The notes under the pieces: generated by a model
Databases searched by the model: none
Seen by the model: the letters and a program-made list of their open reading frames with translations, nothing else
What the model was told of the DNA's origin: nothing
Made by a program: the position numbers and the translations under genes
Shown: positions 40,392 through 50,724 of the stretch, piece after piece
How positions within the stretch are numbered: position 1 is the first letter of the stretch
How the letters are laid out: the number at the start of each line of letters is the position of its first letter
Assembly: GCA_002726235.1 (NCBI GenBank)
Contig: PBSN01000002.1
Location: 19,010-83,009 of the forward strand
From: Nitrospiraceae bacterium
GTDB lineage: Bacteria; Nitrospirota; Nitrospiria; Nitrospirales; UBA2166
Length of the DNA: 64,000 bases
Reading direction: 5' to 3'

Positions 40392-40667
40392 TTACTGATA
40401 GGCTTGCCCCAACTCAGCAGCTTCCCCAACCGTGTCAAGAATCTTCCCGTCACCTCCAACGGCGAGCATCTCGATGGCATTATGCTTGGCCGCATCGCAC
40501 ACAACCACACACAACTCGCACCCCTTACACCGATGAATAATAACCTCAGCGACCATCTTCTCACTATTGAGCATGACACAATCGGGCTCCGGACAATACA
40601 TGATACACAGCCGACATCCCTTTTTCGCGATACACTTATCATCTGTCACAACGGCAACGTTATACAT
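40392..40667 (-). CDS. forE: 2-oxoacid:ferredoxin oxidoreductase ferredoxin-like subunit
   Basis: CIAKKGCRLCIMYCP and CKGCELCVVVC Fe-S motifs; operon position. Confidence 0.88.
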   Translation of the reverse strand: MYNVAVVTDDKCIAKKGCRLCIMYCPEPDCVMLNSEKMVAEVIIHRCKGCELCVVVCDAAKHNAIEMLAVGGDGKILDTVGEAAELGQAYQ

Positions 40668-40709
40668 ACGTTATCTCTTTTCTCTCTTCAACTCATCCCC
40701 AGCTACTGC

Positions 40710-41405
40710 TTAGGCGGCAGCAACCATTAGCTCATATTTATTGTCATTGGCCCATGCTCCAGCACGCTCATAGGCATGGGTCACCGTTGCAAGATTTTTA
40801 GCCAAAAGTTGTTCCTTCTTGGCAAATTTTTTCTTGATGGCTTCATCAAGGGTCGCAGTGCCCCCTGACGCCACATATTTCTTCCCAAACCGATCTTGAA
40901 GCGCCAAATCAAGGGATTGCAATGACACACAACCAGTAATTCCCGCCACCGACCCAATCAACGCCATATTAGTTGCCAACTCCGTCCCAGCAATATCTAT
41001 AGCGATTTTGGTAGCAGAAACGTAAAACGTGGATACATTCAACTTGACAAGGCTTGCTTTGTCTTCTTTGGATAACAACGGCACATCGGAATTGATAATC
41101 AGCAACCCGCCATTTTTGACCCCGGAATAGAACGGAGCAGTGTAACTCTTTTGCATGGTGATCACTTGCGGATGAAACACGATAATAGCGTCAGGATAGA
41201 CCAGCTCGCCTCGGTCATAAATCCGATCAATACCAATTCGCGTGTAGGCTTCCGCAGGGGCCATCCGTTTTTCCGCTCCGAAAAACGGATTTGAAATTGA
41301 CCACTTGTTCTCTTTTGAAGCCGCCATCGCAAGCACATGAGCCGAGGTGACTACTCCTTGGCCACCTAGACCAGACATCCTGATATTCAACCGCCGTTTA
41401 ATCAT
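40710..41405 (-). CDS. forG: 2-oxoglutarate:ferredoxin oxidoreductase gamma subunit
   Basis: IRMSGLGGQGVVT, PFFGAEKRMAP. Confidence 0.9.
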   Translation of the reverse strand: MIKRRLNIRMSGLGGQGVVTSAHVLAMAASKENKWSISNPFFGAEKRMAPAEAYTRIGIDRIYDRGELVYPDAIIVFHPQVITMQKSYTAPFYSGVKNGGLLIINSDVPLLSKEDKASLVKLNVSTFYVSATKIAIDIAGTELATNMALIGSVAGITGCVSLQSLDLALQDRFGKKYVASGGTATLDEAIKKKFAKKEQLLAKNLATVTHAYERAGAWANDNKYELMVAAA

Positions 41406-41436
41406 GCCACAATCTCCCTTTGGTTTTCTCCAGTCT

Positions 41437-42345
41437 CTACGCAGATGATTGCGCGAGCGCAGCCTTAGCTACCGCCTTCCTTTCTTTTTCTTTGGTCGCA
41501 ATTTCAGTGATCAACTCTTTGGCTTCGGGAGACACATACTCCTTGTACGCAAATCGCAAGCCGGGTTTTTCAGAATCCCGCATCTCCTGCAGACCTTCCA
41601 TACTTTGCTTGCCAATTTCAAGAATGCATGGTGTATACACCTGAAGATAGGTTGGGCCGATCTCTCTGGCAACGTACACAGCATTTTTCACAACTTTTTC
41701 CACCAACGATGGTTTGCTAACCGTACAGCTCACAACATAGTGGCATCCAGACTCCCGAGCGATCTCTGGCAAACGCACTTTCTCAAACTGCTTCCCAACG
41801 GGAGCCATTTTCGCCACAAATCCCTTTTGCATCAATCCGCTCTCCTGACCACCGGTGTTGGCATAGAGTTCGTTGTCAAAGCAAATGGTGGTAAATTTTT
41901 CCTGTCGAAACCATGACTGCAGAGTATAATCCAAGCCAATATCCACCGTCGCACCATCACCAGCCAACACCACGACATCTTTCACCTGGTCAGGAAAACG
42001 GGATGCAAGAGATCGCTTCAGCCCACTAGCAATCGCATTTTGATTGCCAAACAGAGAGTGAATATTGTGGACAGCGACATGCGGAAATACCAAGCTGGTA
42101 CATCCTGTCGACCCAACCATGACGGTGTCTTCTGGATTTGGAAGGGACGAAAGAATATAGCGAAACGCCATGGACTCTGGACATCCTGCACACAACGAAT
42201 GTTCTTCAATCAGTTCCTTGCTAGCACCAACATCCTTCCATCCACGATCTACTTTTCCCCACGTAGCGTCGTCGACTAGATCACGGTATTCAGGGGGCAT
42301 AATATTGCGAAATTCGGGAGCTATCTTGATGCGTTCTTTAGACAT
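41437..42345 (-). CDS. forB: 2-oxoglutarate:ferredoxin oxidoreductase beta subunit
   Basis: LCAGCPE, STGC, TPP motif GDG...DNELYANTGGQ. Confidence 0.92.
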   Translation of the reverse strand: MSKERIKIAPEFRNIMPPEYRDLVDDATWGKVDRGWKDVGASKELIEEHSLCAGCPESMAFRYILSSLPNPEDTVMVGSTGCTSLVFPHVAVHNIHSLFGNQNAIASGLKRSLASRFPDQVKDVVVLAGDGATVDIGLDYTLQSWFRQEKFTTICFDNELYANTGGQESGLMQKGFVAKMAPVGKQFEKVRLPEIARESGCHYVVSCTVSKPSLVEKVVKNAVYVAREIGPTYLQVYTPCILEIGKQSMEGLQEMRDSEKPGLRFAYKEYVSPEAKELITEIATKEKERKAVAKAALAQSSA

Positions 42346-43540
42346 GAGATAACTCCTCCTTATCTGCTTTGAGGGTTCTCAGAATGCGCTCCATAACGAC
42401 TTCTGGAGGCATGGTCATGCCTCCGCCGACGTGAGGGCCAGCAACAACCCGTTGATTGTCCTCAACAACCGCCTTCACCTCTCGTGCCAACCAACCCGCA
42501 ACATTAAACTCTGGAACAAAAATTCTCTTGGCATTGCGTGTAGCCGCCTTAATTTCTTCTGTTGGAAACGGACGCAAAGTCTTAATTTTTACCAATCCAA
42601 CATCAAAGCCTTCATCCTTCATAAGGGTAATAGTCTCTCGCCCCTGTGAAACTGCAGTACCCGATGACACGATTAAGACTTCAGCATCCCCATTCTCAAT
42701 TTCAATCAAGCCGTCAAGCAACACCTCTGTGTGTTTTCGAGACCGCTCAATTGCCGCTCGAACCTCTTGCTGCCATGACGCGTGAGTCGCATAGCTGATG
42801 TAATTGTTTTTCATCACGAATGGATCTCTCATCATTCGAACCGGAGGGCATTCCATGTCCATACAGGGAACCGGTGACCGATAGGGATCATAGCGTGGAA
42901 GACACATATCATCCGGCGTCATCATCACAACATCTTTAGTATGGGTTACAAAGAATCCATCACACGCTACCGCGATGGGTAGATGAACATCAGGCTGCTC
43001 CGCGACTACAAATCCTTTCATGATGAAGTCGAAAAGATCTTGCGCCGTTTCGGCGTGCCAAATCAAACATCCAGTCTCAAGCATGTAGTACAGTTCAAGA
43101 GTATCAGGCTGGATACTCAGTGGCGAATTAATCCCCCGACAAGTGATACACACCTGAATGGGCAACCGCGACCCTGCCCACATTGGGAAATTTTCCATAG
43201 CACGAAGCGTTCCTGGCCCAGCCGTGGTTGTAAAACAACGGGATCCCCCAAACGAGCCTCCTGCACATATTGACATCACGTCAAACTCACTGGCTCCTCG
43301 GGAATAAATGTCGACATACCCCTCCGCAAACAACTCGCCAATGAGAGATGCCGCTTCACTCTGCGGAGTGATTGGATAGGCCACCGACATCTCACAACTG
43401 GAACGTTTGATGGCTTCCTTAATAATTTCACTCCCTGTTAAGAAGGAAGCGTCCCTCGGAGCTTCGAAAAAAATCTCATTTGGATCGGTATACACCTGTC
43501 CCTTTTTATTCTTGGTCCCTATCAGCGCTGTGGTTGTCAT
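42338..43540 (-). CDS. forA: 2-oxoglutarate:ferredoxin oxidoreductase alpha subunit
   Basis: AYPITPQSE, TTTAGPG, DGFFVTH, LRPFP. D-A-B-G-E order matches the For-type enzyme. Confidence 0.92.
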   Translation of the reverse strand: MTTTALIGTKNKKGQVYTDPNEIFFEAPRDASFLTGSEIIKEAIKRSSCEMSVAYPITPQSEAASLIGELFAEGYVDIYSRGASEFDVMSICAGGSFGGSRCFTTTAGPGTLRAMENFPMWAGSRLPIQVCITCRGINSPLSIQPDTLELYYMLETGCLIWHAETAQDLFDFIMKGFVVAEQPDVHLPIAVACDGFFVTHTKDVVMMTPDDMCLPRYDPYRSPVPCMDMECPPVRMMRDPFVMKNNYISYATHASWQQEVRAAIERSRKHTEVLLDGLIEIENGDAEVLIVSSGTAVSQGRETITLMKDEGFDVGLVKIKTLRPFPTEEIKAATRNAKRIFVPEFNVAGWLAREVKAVVEDNQRVVAGPHVGGGMTMPPEVVMERILRTLKADKEELSHV

Positions 43541-43585
43541 AATTATATTCCTCCTTCACACAACGAGGTATCGCCTCCCACGCCG

Positions 43586-44182
43586 CTATACCGTTCCCTT
43601 TAGTTTTTTTATCCAGCCGGCAAAATTCATGATTTTTTCCGGTGTAGCATCTCGAAACGTGAGGTTCGCATCCTCATGGCCCGCCTGCGCACACATCGCA
43701 ATGGTAAAACAGTCCGTTCCACCACGAATAATCTTAAGCGCCAAATTGGCTTGATGGCAATGGACGCCAACGAACATACACGCGTCAATCTTATTATGCC
43801 AAATGGTAAGATTGGGGTGATTTGGATTGATTTCGACTTCTGGATTGATTTTCGGATACTTGGGGCGATAATCCGCCATGGGAATGAGCATTGGTTTCGC
43901 TCTTTTTGAAACAGATTCTCGAATGGCATCATACAGGTATTGTATAGCCGTTGCTTTTTTAGCTGCTTTTTCGTTCCAACTCCACAACACCAAGGGTCCC
44001 GGAAAAATGGTCGGGACATTAGCAGACAAAAAAACCCTCGCAGCTCGCTCCATTGCCTCTTCTTCTGGCACAATTCTCCCCTCAATATGCCCTTGATCAG
44101 GATCAGGCAACCTAATACCCATTGATGCCGCGGAAGGCGGAAGAAATTCCTCCGGGCCAGGTAAAACACGATACGGCTTCAT
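43586..44182 (-). CDS. forD: five-subunit oxidoreductase delta subunit (CO dehydrogenase beta-like)
   Basis: YRVLPGPEEFLPP, PTIFPGP, DYRPKYPKINPE.EINPNHPN, GVHCHQAN, GHEDA. Confidence 0.85.
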   Translation of the reverse strand: MKPYRVLPGPEEFLPPSAASMGIRLPDPDQGHIEGRIVPEEEAMERAARVFLSANVPTIFPGPLVLWSWNEKAAKKATAIQYLYDAIRESVSKRAKPMLIPMADYRPKYPKINPEVEINPNHPNLTIWHNKIDACMFVGVHCHQANLALKIIRGGTDCFTIAMCAQAGHEDANLTFRDATPEKIMNFAGWIKKLKGTV

Positions 44183-44256
44183 AAGCTAAAATTTACCTCC
44201 ATTTTCTTTTCCTCAACGCTTCAGCATTTCTCAGCGACAGATAATTGGAGAAATGC

Positions 44257-44286
44257 AACATAGCTAAAAGAGGAAATAAATGTCAA
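44257..44286 (-). promoter_or_regulatory. putative sigma70 promoter of the for operon
   Basis: Minus strand TTGACA-N18-TATGTT about 75 bp upstream of forD. Confidence 0.45.
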
Positions 44287-44531
44287 CTTTCTGATTGGCA
44301 ACCACTCCAACCTTAAGAATGAGAACCAACATCACTCGCGTTAGAGACCAAATGTCTCTTGTCCGACCCACCAAGCATCCGGCCTTGTCGAAAGCGCTAG
44401 ACCAAGCATGACTAGCAATGCTAGTAGCGACTAAACTATATGGAGCGAGGCTCCCTGCTGTCAATGGCTCAGATGCCCAAATTCACAGGCTGTTAGAACC
44501 TCATTCTTTCTCCACAAACACCCTGCAGAAC

Positions 44532-44560
44532 TTGTCTTCTGGGCATGAATATCGTACACT
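44532..44560 (+). promoter_or_regulatory. putative sigma70 promoter of the nusA-infB operon
   Basis: TTGTCT-N17-TACACT. Confidence 0.55.
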
Positions 44561-44569
44561 CCCTCGCTC

Positions 44570-44593
44570 AAAGGGCGAGTGCCCTTTTTTTTT
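44570..44593 (+). terminator. leader hairpin/attenuator of rimP-leader type
   Basis: AAAGGGC-GAGT-GCCCTTT with a T9 tract, just downstream of the putative promoter. Confidence 0.7.
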
Positions 44594-44715
44594 GGTGGGG
44601 TGCGCCCATAACTTGAGGTGGGGGGGGGCTAGGTTTATTCAAATACCGTAGAACCTGTACAAGTATTCACAGCTTAAATTTGCAAGGATATTTTTAGCCG
44701 TCTAAAGGACTCTCG

Positions 44716-45936
44716 ATGGGTAAAGAACTTATTACTGTTATTGAGCAGATCGGAAGGGAAAAAGGAATCGACAGCGTTCAGATTATCTCTGCTGTCGAAT
44801 CTGCACTAGTGAGCGCTGCCAAAAAGCGGTATGGATTAGCGGAAAACATTCAGGTCACAATCAATCAGACGACAGGAAGCATTGAAATCGTCTCTCTCAA
44901 AACCATCGTAGACAGAGTTGTGAATCCGCGGTCTGAAATCCTTCTTGATGAAGCGCAGAAAGTCGACAGCGAAGCCGAAATTGGCGATGAAATCGGATCG
45001 CTAATTGAAGTCGAAGACTTTGGACGTATCGCAGCACAAACCGCCAAACAGATCATTTTCCAAAAAGTCCGCGAGGCCGGATGGGAGGTAATCCAGCGTG
45101 ATTATTCGGCTCGGATGGGAAGCCTCGTCAACGGAATCATTCTGGGACAGGACCGAAGAAACTACGTCGTTGATATTGGGAAAACTGAAGCGATACTGCC
45201 GGTATCGGAGCAAATCCCACGCGAGACATATCGACGCGGAGATCGCATCAAGGCCTATTTGTATCAAGTCAAGCGAACTCCAAAAGATGTCCAAGTCATT
45301 CTATCACGAGCCCATACGAATTTCGTCGCTAAACTGTTTGAGTTGGAAGTCCCAGAAGTTGCGGAAAAAATTGTCGAGATCAGGGGACTGGTAAGGGAAC
45401 CCGGTGATCGAACCAAAATCGCTGTGATATCCCGCGATCGCGCGGTAGATCCAGTGGGTGCCTGTGTAGGGGTGAAAGGCTCCCGCGTTCAAGCCATTGT
45501 ACGCGAACTCAGAGGGGAAAAAATTGACATCATCACTTGGACCTCTGATCCTCGGATCTTTATTGCTGAAGCCCTAAATCCAACATCAATTGAAAAGGTT
45601 GGGATCGACGAGGAAAAGAAATCTGCATTAGTTGTCGTCTCCGACCAACAACTATCACTTGCAATTGGTAAAAACGGGCAAAACGTCCGATTGGCTGCCA
45701 AGCTGACAGGATGGAAAATCGATATCATTGGCTTGAGCGAATATGAAAAAGAGAAGGTCGAGAGAGAGCAAGTAATCGGTAGCGCAGTCGTTGCAGAGGA
45801 AACAACCTCAAACACTGACTCACCTGAAGGATCCTCTGCCATCACAATGACTCCCAATGCTGATGATACCGCTACGGAGGCACACGACATCACACCTCCG
45901 GCTATCCCCAGTAATGATCAAACTCAGGAAACATAA
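44716..45936 (+). CDS. nusA: transcription termination factor NusA
   Basis: FGRIAAQTAKQII, LFELEVPE, REPGDRTK, DPVGACVG.KGSR, LAIGKNGQNVRLA. Confidence 0.98.
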   Translation: MGKELITVIEQIGREKGIDSVQIISAVESALVSAAKKRYGLAENIQVTINQTTGSIEIVSLKTIVDRVVNPRSEILLDEAQKVDSEAEIGDEIGSLIEVEDFGRIAAQTAKQIIFQKVREAGWEVIQRDYSARMGSLVNGIILGQDRRNYVVDIGKTEAILPVSEQIPRETYRRGDRIKAYLYQVKRTPKDVQVILSRAHTNFVAKLFELEVPEVAEKIVEIRGLVREPGDRTKIAVISRDRAVDPVGACVGVKGSRVQAIVRELRGEKIDIITWTSDPRIFIAEALNPTSIEKVGIDEEKKSALVVVSDQQLSLAIGKNGQNVRLAAKLTGWKIDIIGLSEYEKEKVEREQVIGSAVVAEETTSNTDSPEGSSAITMTPNADDTATEAHDITPPAIPSNDQTQET

Positions 45937-45978
45937 CGTAAGTGTCATCGCACACGAATAGCTGATACCAAATTTCCA

Positions 45979-48495
45979 ATGCGCGTATTTGAACTTGCGA
46001 AACAGATTGGCACTTCGAGCAAGGAGGTCCTGTTGCAATTAGATAAAATGGGGCATCCCGGCCTTACCCACATGAGTTCTATTGATGAGGCCATCACCAA
46101 ACAAATTTTGAAAAAGAAATTACCCACAACTCCTGCCCTGTCACCGACACGGCGACAAAAGTCTCAACCTGCGCCGGAAGTAAAGACAGGACAAGAAAAA
46201 AAACGCATCCTCCTCAAGCGCCGGAAGCTTGAAACTAAATCAACGACGACTACACAGCTTCCAGTTTCAGCATCTGAGCTAATCACACCTTCACCGCAAG
46301 ATACCCGGCCGTCCATTGGGACGGTGTCCGACCACTCGAAACCATCACCAGTTATAAGTGAACAAATGATATCGGGTTCCGAGCACGCCTCAGAAACACC
46401 ACTCGCTCAACCCCTTACACCTGAAGATGTCGCGCCACCTAAAACCCAAGACCATCTCCCCACTTCTTTGACCACGCCATCCCCATCCATCTCAGCAGAA
46501 CACACCTCTGACACACTCCACGCCAATGAAAACCCCATACCACCCCCCCCACAGCCTACAATAGTCACTCCGGCAGAAAAAGCACCGAAACCTCCAAAAC
46601 CCGTTGCAAAACGTACAGGTGATGTTCGTGAAGATGCCACTCGATGGAAAGATCTTCGCACTCTTCCATCGCTCCGTCGCGAAGAGCGTTCTCGACCTGC
46701 CTCATCCACACATCCAACAGATGGCACTAGGCCCAGAAAAAAAATCATCAAACTCTCCGATGGTCTCAGTGTCAAAAGTTTTGCCGAAGCCATCGGACAG
46801 AAGCCTACTGACGTCATTCGAAAACTCATGGCATCCGGAGTCATGTTGACGTTGAATCAACCGATTGATTCCGACGCCGCGGTTCTTGTCGCTGATTTAT
46901 TCGGACTCAAGGTTGAAGTCACGACAGAACAACCTCCAGAGGAACTGCTCCAAGATCCTGAAGATGCTCCGGAAAGCCTGCTTCCGCGCCCACCAGTTGT
47001 CACCATCATGGGGCACGTTGACCATGGCAAAACTTCCCTGCTTGATGTCATACGAAAAACCAAAGTGATTGACAGCGAAGCTGGAGGAATCACCCAACAT
47101 ATCGGTGCCTACACGACAAAACTTGGAGATAAACCGATCTGCTTCCTGGACACCCCAGGGCACGAAGCATTCACAGCGATACGCGCCCGCGGATCTAAGA
47201 TCGCTGATCTGGTTCTCCTTGTCGTCGCCGCCGATGATGGGGTGATGTCTCAGACACTTGAGGCAATCAATCATGCGAAAGCTGCCGATATTCCAATCAT
47301 TGCCGTCATCAATAAAATGGATCAGCCGGATGCCAACCCAGAACGCGTCAGAAGCGTCCTCGCAGAACATGGTCTAATTCCTGAAAGCTGGGGAGGACAA
47401 ACAATCTACGCGGAGGTGTCGGCGAAGCAGGGAACAGGAATTGAGAACCTATTGGAACTCATTCTTTTACAAGCTGAGATCCTAGATCTTAAGGCAAACC
47501 CCGCGCGCTTAGCGAAAGGCGTTGTAATCGATGCGCGGCTTGATCGAGGACGCGGTCCAATCGCAACCCTCCTCGTTCAGATGGGCACATTGAAAGTCGG
47601 AGATGCGTTTCTCGTCGGTGCCCACAGTGGACGAGTGCGCGCTCTTCTCAATGATGAAGGTCGCAAGATTACCGAGGCAACCTCCTCCATGCCGGTAGAA
47701 GTTATTGGCATTCCAATGGTGCCTCAGTCAGGGGACATTTTTCTCGCGGTCAAAGACGAGAAAGTTGCACGCGAGATTGCGAAGCGGCGACAAGAAGCAC
47801 TCCGCACTCAAGAACTCAATCGCTCGAAACGACTCACCCTTGACGACATCTATACGAATATTCAGGACGGAAACATCAAAGACTTGAACCTCGTCATTAA
47901 AGCTGATGTACAGGGAACCACAGAGGCTCTTGCAGAAGCCCTGGGAAAAATTGACACCCCCACCGTCAAGCTCAACATCATCCACAGCGGCATCGGTGGG
48001 ATTACCGAGTCAGACGTCCTGTTAGCCTCTGCGTCACGCGCTATCATAATCGGCTTCAATATACGACCGGAACCCAAAGCGGCAAGAGTCGCCGAACGCG
48101 AAAGCATTGATATCAGGCTATATAACATTATCTACAATGCCATTAACGATGTGAAAGCTGCGATGGAAGGTTTGCTCGCACCCATTGTCAAAGAGCGTAT
48201 CATGGGTCGAGCCGAAGTTCGACAGACTTTTTCAGTACCCAAAGCCGGAACAGTGGCCGGGTCATATGTTGTTGAAGGGCTCATTTCTCGTGCTTCAGAG
48301 GGCATTCGCGTCATCCGAGACAACGTCGTTGTCTATCAGGGCACCATCGGATCGTTGAGACGATTCAAAGATGACGTCCGCGAAGCCAGCATGGGGTACG
48401 AATGCGGGATTGGAGTACAGAATTTCAACGATATCAAGGTCGGTGACGTCCTAGAAACCTTCCAGATGGAGGAGGATACAACGAGGCGGGCCTAA
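45979..48495 (+). CDS. infB: translation initiation factor IF-2
   Basis: [45 protein letters not shown]. Confidence 0.98.
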   Translation: MRVFELAKQIGTSSKEVLLQLDKMGHPGLTHMSSIDEAITKQILKKKLPTTPALSPTRRQKSQPAPEVKTGQEKKRILLKRRKLETKSTTTTQLPVSASELITPSPQDTRPSIGTVSDHSKPSPVISEQMISGSEHASETPLAQPLTPEDVAPPKTQDHLPTSLTTPSPSISAEHTSDTLHANENPIPPPPQPTIVTPAEKAPKPPKPVAKRTGDVREDATRWKDLRTLPSLRREERSRPASSTHPTDGTRPRKKIIKLSDGLSVKSFAEAIGQKPTDVIRKLMASGVMLTLNQPIDSDAAVLVADLFGLKVEVTTEQPPEELLQDPEDAPESLLPRPPVVTIMGHVDHGKTSLLDVIRKTKVIDSEAGGITQHIGAYTTKLGDKPICFLDTPGHEAFTAIRARGSKIADLVLLVVAADDGVMSQTLEAINHAKAADIPIIAVINKMDQPDANPERVRSVLAEHGLIPESWGGQTIYAEVSAKQGTGIENLLELILLQAEILDLKANPARLAKGVVIDARLDRGRGPIATLLVQMGTLKVGDAFLVGAHSGRVRALLNDEGRKITEATSSMPVEVIGIPMVPQSGDIFLAVKDEKVAREIAKRRQEALRTQELNRSKRLTLDDIYTNIQDGNIKDLNLVIKADVQGTTEALAEALGKIDTPTVKLNIIHSGIGGITESDVLLASASRAIIIGFNIRPEPKAARVAERESIDIRLYNIIYNAINDVKAAMEGLLAPIVKERIMGRAEVRQTFSVPKAGTVAGSYVVEGLISRASEGIRVIRDNVVVYQGTIGSLRRFKDDVREASMGYECGIGVQNFNDIKVGDVLETFQMEEDTTRRA

Positions 48496-48536
48496 CGGGT
48501 CATTTCTATCTACTACGCTGTAGCCCTCCATCTCAT

Positions 48537-48818
48537 ATGGTCGTTGCCGTTTACACGATTGTTATCATCATTTCTGAGAGCCATTCGCTCAAAGACAAAC
48601 GCCGAGTTCTTATGCAACTACGTGACAAAATTACCAGAAAGTTCAACGTGTCAATGGCAGAAATTGACCACCACAATTTGTGGCAAAAGACGACGTTGGG
48701 CATCGCATGCCTTGCCAATGAACAACGCCACGTGAATCAGGTATTGGACCAAGTAATGAACGCCATCTATCGACTGCCCTTTCTCGAAGTTGTTGATTGT
48801 CGCAAAGAATTTACTTAG
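48537..48818 (+). CDS. DUF503 (YlxP) family protein
   Basis: SHSLKDKR, KFNVSMAE, WQK; position between infB and rbfA. Confidence 0.9.
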   Translation: MVVAVYTIVIIISESHSLKDKRRVLMQLRDKITRKFNVSMAEIDHHNLWQKTTLGIACLANEQRHVNQVLDQVMNAIYRLPFLEVVDCRKEFT

Positions 48819-48975
48819 CGTGGCACGAACAACTATAGTCCTATGATTTTTCCTCGACCTGAGCCAACAGAAACACGCCTGGGGTTGCTGTGAGTAGTCA
48901 AATGCGAGAGCAACAACACCTTGGTTTAGACTATGGCCACCTTGAATCCTGCCTGTGACGAGTAGAGTAAAACCC

Positions 48976-49383
48976 GTGCCAGAACATCAGCGAGTGTCTC
49001 GCGTTGGTGAAACGATGAAGGAGGAGATCGCTGATATCCTCAGGAAAAAGGTTAAAGATCCACGCATCGGATTTGCCACCATTACCAGCATTGCAGTGAC
49101 GCGAGATTTTCGTCATGCGTGGGTCCAAATTACCGTTCTTGAAGGAGAAACTGCCGAGAAGGAAACCCTCCTAGGGCTAGCCCGGGCTTCTGGATTTATT
49201 CGTTCTGAACTTGGACGCCGTCTCCGATTACGACGCATACCAGATCTTACCTTTCAATGCGATAGCCAGATTAAAAAAACCCAGCAAGTGCTCGCACTTC
49301 TCGACACTTTGGACACTCCCAAAGAGGCAATCGACTCTTTAACTCTCCACGAACCCCGAGACGAGAACGCACCATCATCGTAA
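48976..49383 (+). CDS. rbfA: ribosome-binding factor A
   Basis: RVGETMKEEIA, KDPRIG, ASGFIRSELG, LRRIPDLTF. Confidence 0.95.
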   Translation: MPEHQRVSRVGETMKEEIADILRKKVKDPRIGFATITSIAVTRDFRHAWVQITVLEGETAEKETLLGLARASGFIRSELGRRLRLRRIPDLTFQCDSQIKKTQQVLALLDTLDTPKEAIDSLTLHEPRDENAPSS

Positions 49384-49427
49384 AAACAATTGCGCCACCA
49401 TCTCCACTCACACACCAACGGATTGAA

Positions 49428-50357
49428 ATGAACGGCATCCTGAATATCGACAAACCACATGGCTGGACATCCCATGACGTCGTCGCCAAACTTCGGAGTC
49501 TTCTCAAAATCAGGAGGATCGGCCACACGGGGACTTTAGACCCCGCGGCTACGGGAGTGTTACTAATTTGCATCGGGAAAGCCACACGAGTTGCAGAGTA
49601 TCTTGTTGCACGTGAGAAAGAGTATCGTGCGGTGCTTCGCCTTGGAGAAACGACAGACACCCAAGATGGAACCGGCCAAGTCATTGAGCAACACGATGTC
49701 GGCAACATTACAAAGCCACAACTTCAGGCAGTGATGCGTCAGTTTACTGGAGATATTTTTCAAATGCCGCCGATGTATTCCGCAGTGAAGATCAATGGCG
49801 TACCACTGTATAAGTTAGCTCGGGCTGGTCAGACGATTCCACGGCCTACACGCCCCGTCCATATCAGCCATATTGGTATCGACGCCATTCGCGGTACAGA
49901 CGTGATGCTCAATGTGACATGCTCAAAAGGCACCTATGTTCGGACACTCTGCCACGACATCGGAGCGGCACTAGCTATTGGCGGACATATGCGTCACCTT
50001 ACCCGCCTCAGAGTTGGCTCATTTCAGCGTAACCAGTCACTCACCATCAACACCATTGAACAACTTCATCGAGAACGAAGACTTGAGTCATCACTCCATC
50101 ACACAGACGACGCACTGCATGACTTCCCAGCAGTGGATGTAATTGAGCCAACTGTCACACGGGTACGACATGGAGGAGGGATTCGAGCCGAAGAAGTCAC
50201 GGCAATCCTGGGATCAGGGAGATCAGGGATGCTCGTGCGAATCCGCGAACTTCGCAGAGGATTACTTGCCATAGGACGCCTCTCCTACCCAATCGTGGAA
50301 CTCGGACGACATGGAGATACTCGAATGGCCGTGACGATTGAAAAAGTCCTTGTATAG
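49428..50357 (+). CDS. truB: tRNA pseudouridine(55) synthase
   Basis: IDKPHGWTSHD, GHTGTLDP, PPMYSAVK, CSKGTYVR. Confidence 0.97.
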   Translation: MNGILNIDKPHGWTSHDVVAKLRSLLKIRRIGHTGTLDPAATGVLLICIGKATRVAEYLVAREKEYRAVLRLGETTDTQDGTGQVIEQHDVGNITKPQLQAVMRQFTGDIFQMPPMYSAVKINGVPLYKLARAGQTIPRPTRPVHISHIGIDAIRGTDVMLNVTCSKGTYVRTLCHDIGAALAIGGHMRHLTRLRVGSFQRNQSLTINTIEQLHRERRLESSLHHTDDALHDFPAVDVIEPTVTRVRHGGGIRAEEVTAILGSGRSGMLVRIRELRRGLLAIGRLSYPIVELGRHGDTRMAVTIEKVLV

Positions 50358-50405
50358 TGAGTCAAGCAGAACCGTTCTCGTTTTCAAATCACCTGTGGAG
50401 GGAAT

Positions 50406-50675
50406 ATGACCATCAAAAACCAAGCAAAGAAACAACTGATTCATGACTATCGCCAACACGCAACTGACACGGGGTCTTCAGAAGTTCAGATTGCGGTTAT
50501 CACCAACAGAATCTCATACTTGACCGAACATTTCCGACACCATCCAAAAGACCATCATTCACGTCGTGGTCTCCTATTCATGGTGAGCAGGCGACGAAAA
50601 CTATTGGACTACCTTCGCAGAGGACAAGAAGACAAATATCAAGATATTATCCGGAAACTCGGAATCCGGAAATAG
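50406..50675 (+). CDS. rpsO: 30S ribosomal protein S15
   Basis: DTGSSEVQIA, KDHHSRRGL, LGIRK. Confidence 0.98.
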   Translation: MTIKNQAKKQLIHDYRQHATDTGSSEVQIAVITNRISYLTEHFRHHPKDHHSRRGLLFMVSRRRKLLDYLRRGQEDKYQDIIRKLGIRK

Positions 50676-50724
50676 GCAGCACACAACGCGGGAAGACGAC
50701 GGAAATGGGGAGGGGAAGAGGGAT

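Noticed and set aside
46120..46730. Pro/Thr/Ser-rich region in infB as an insertion or repeat
   Set aside because: A variable low-complexity N-terminal region is normal for IF-2.
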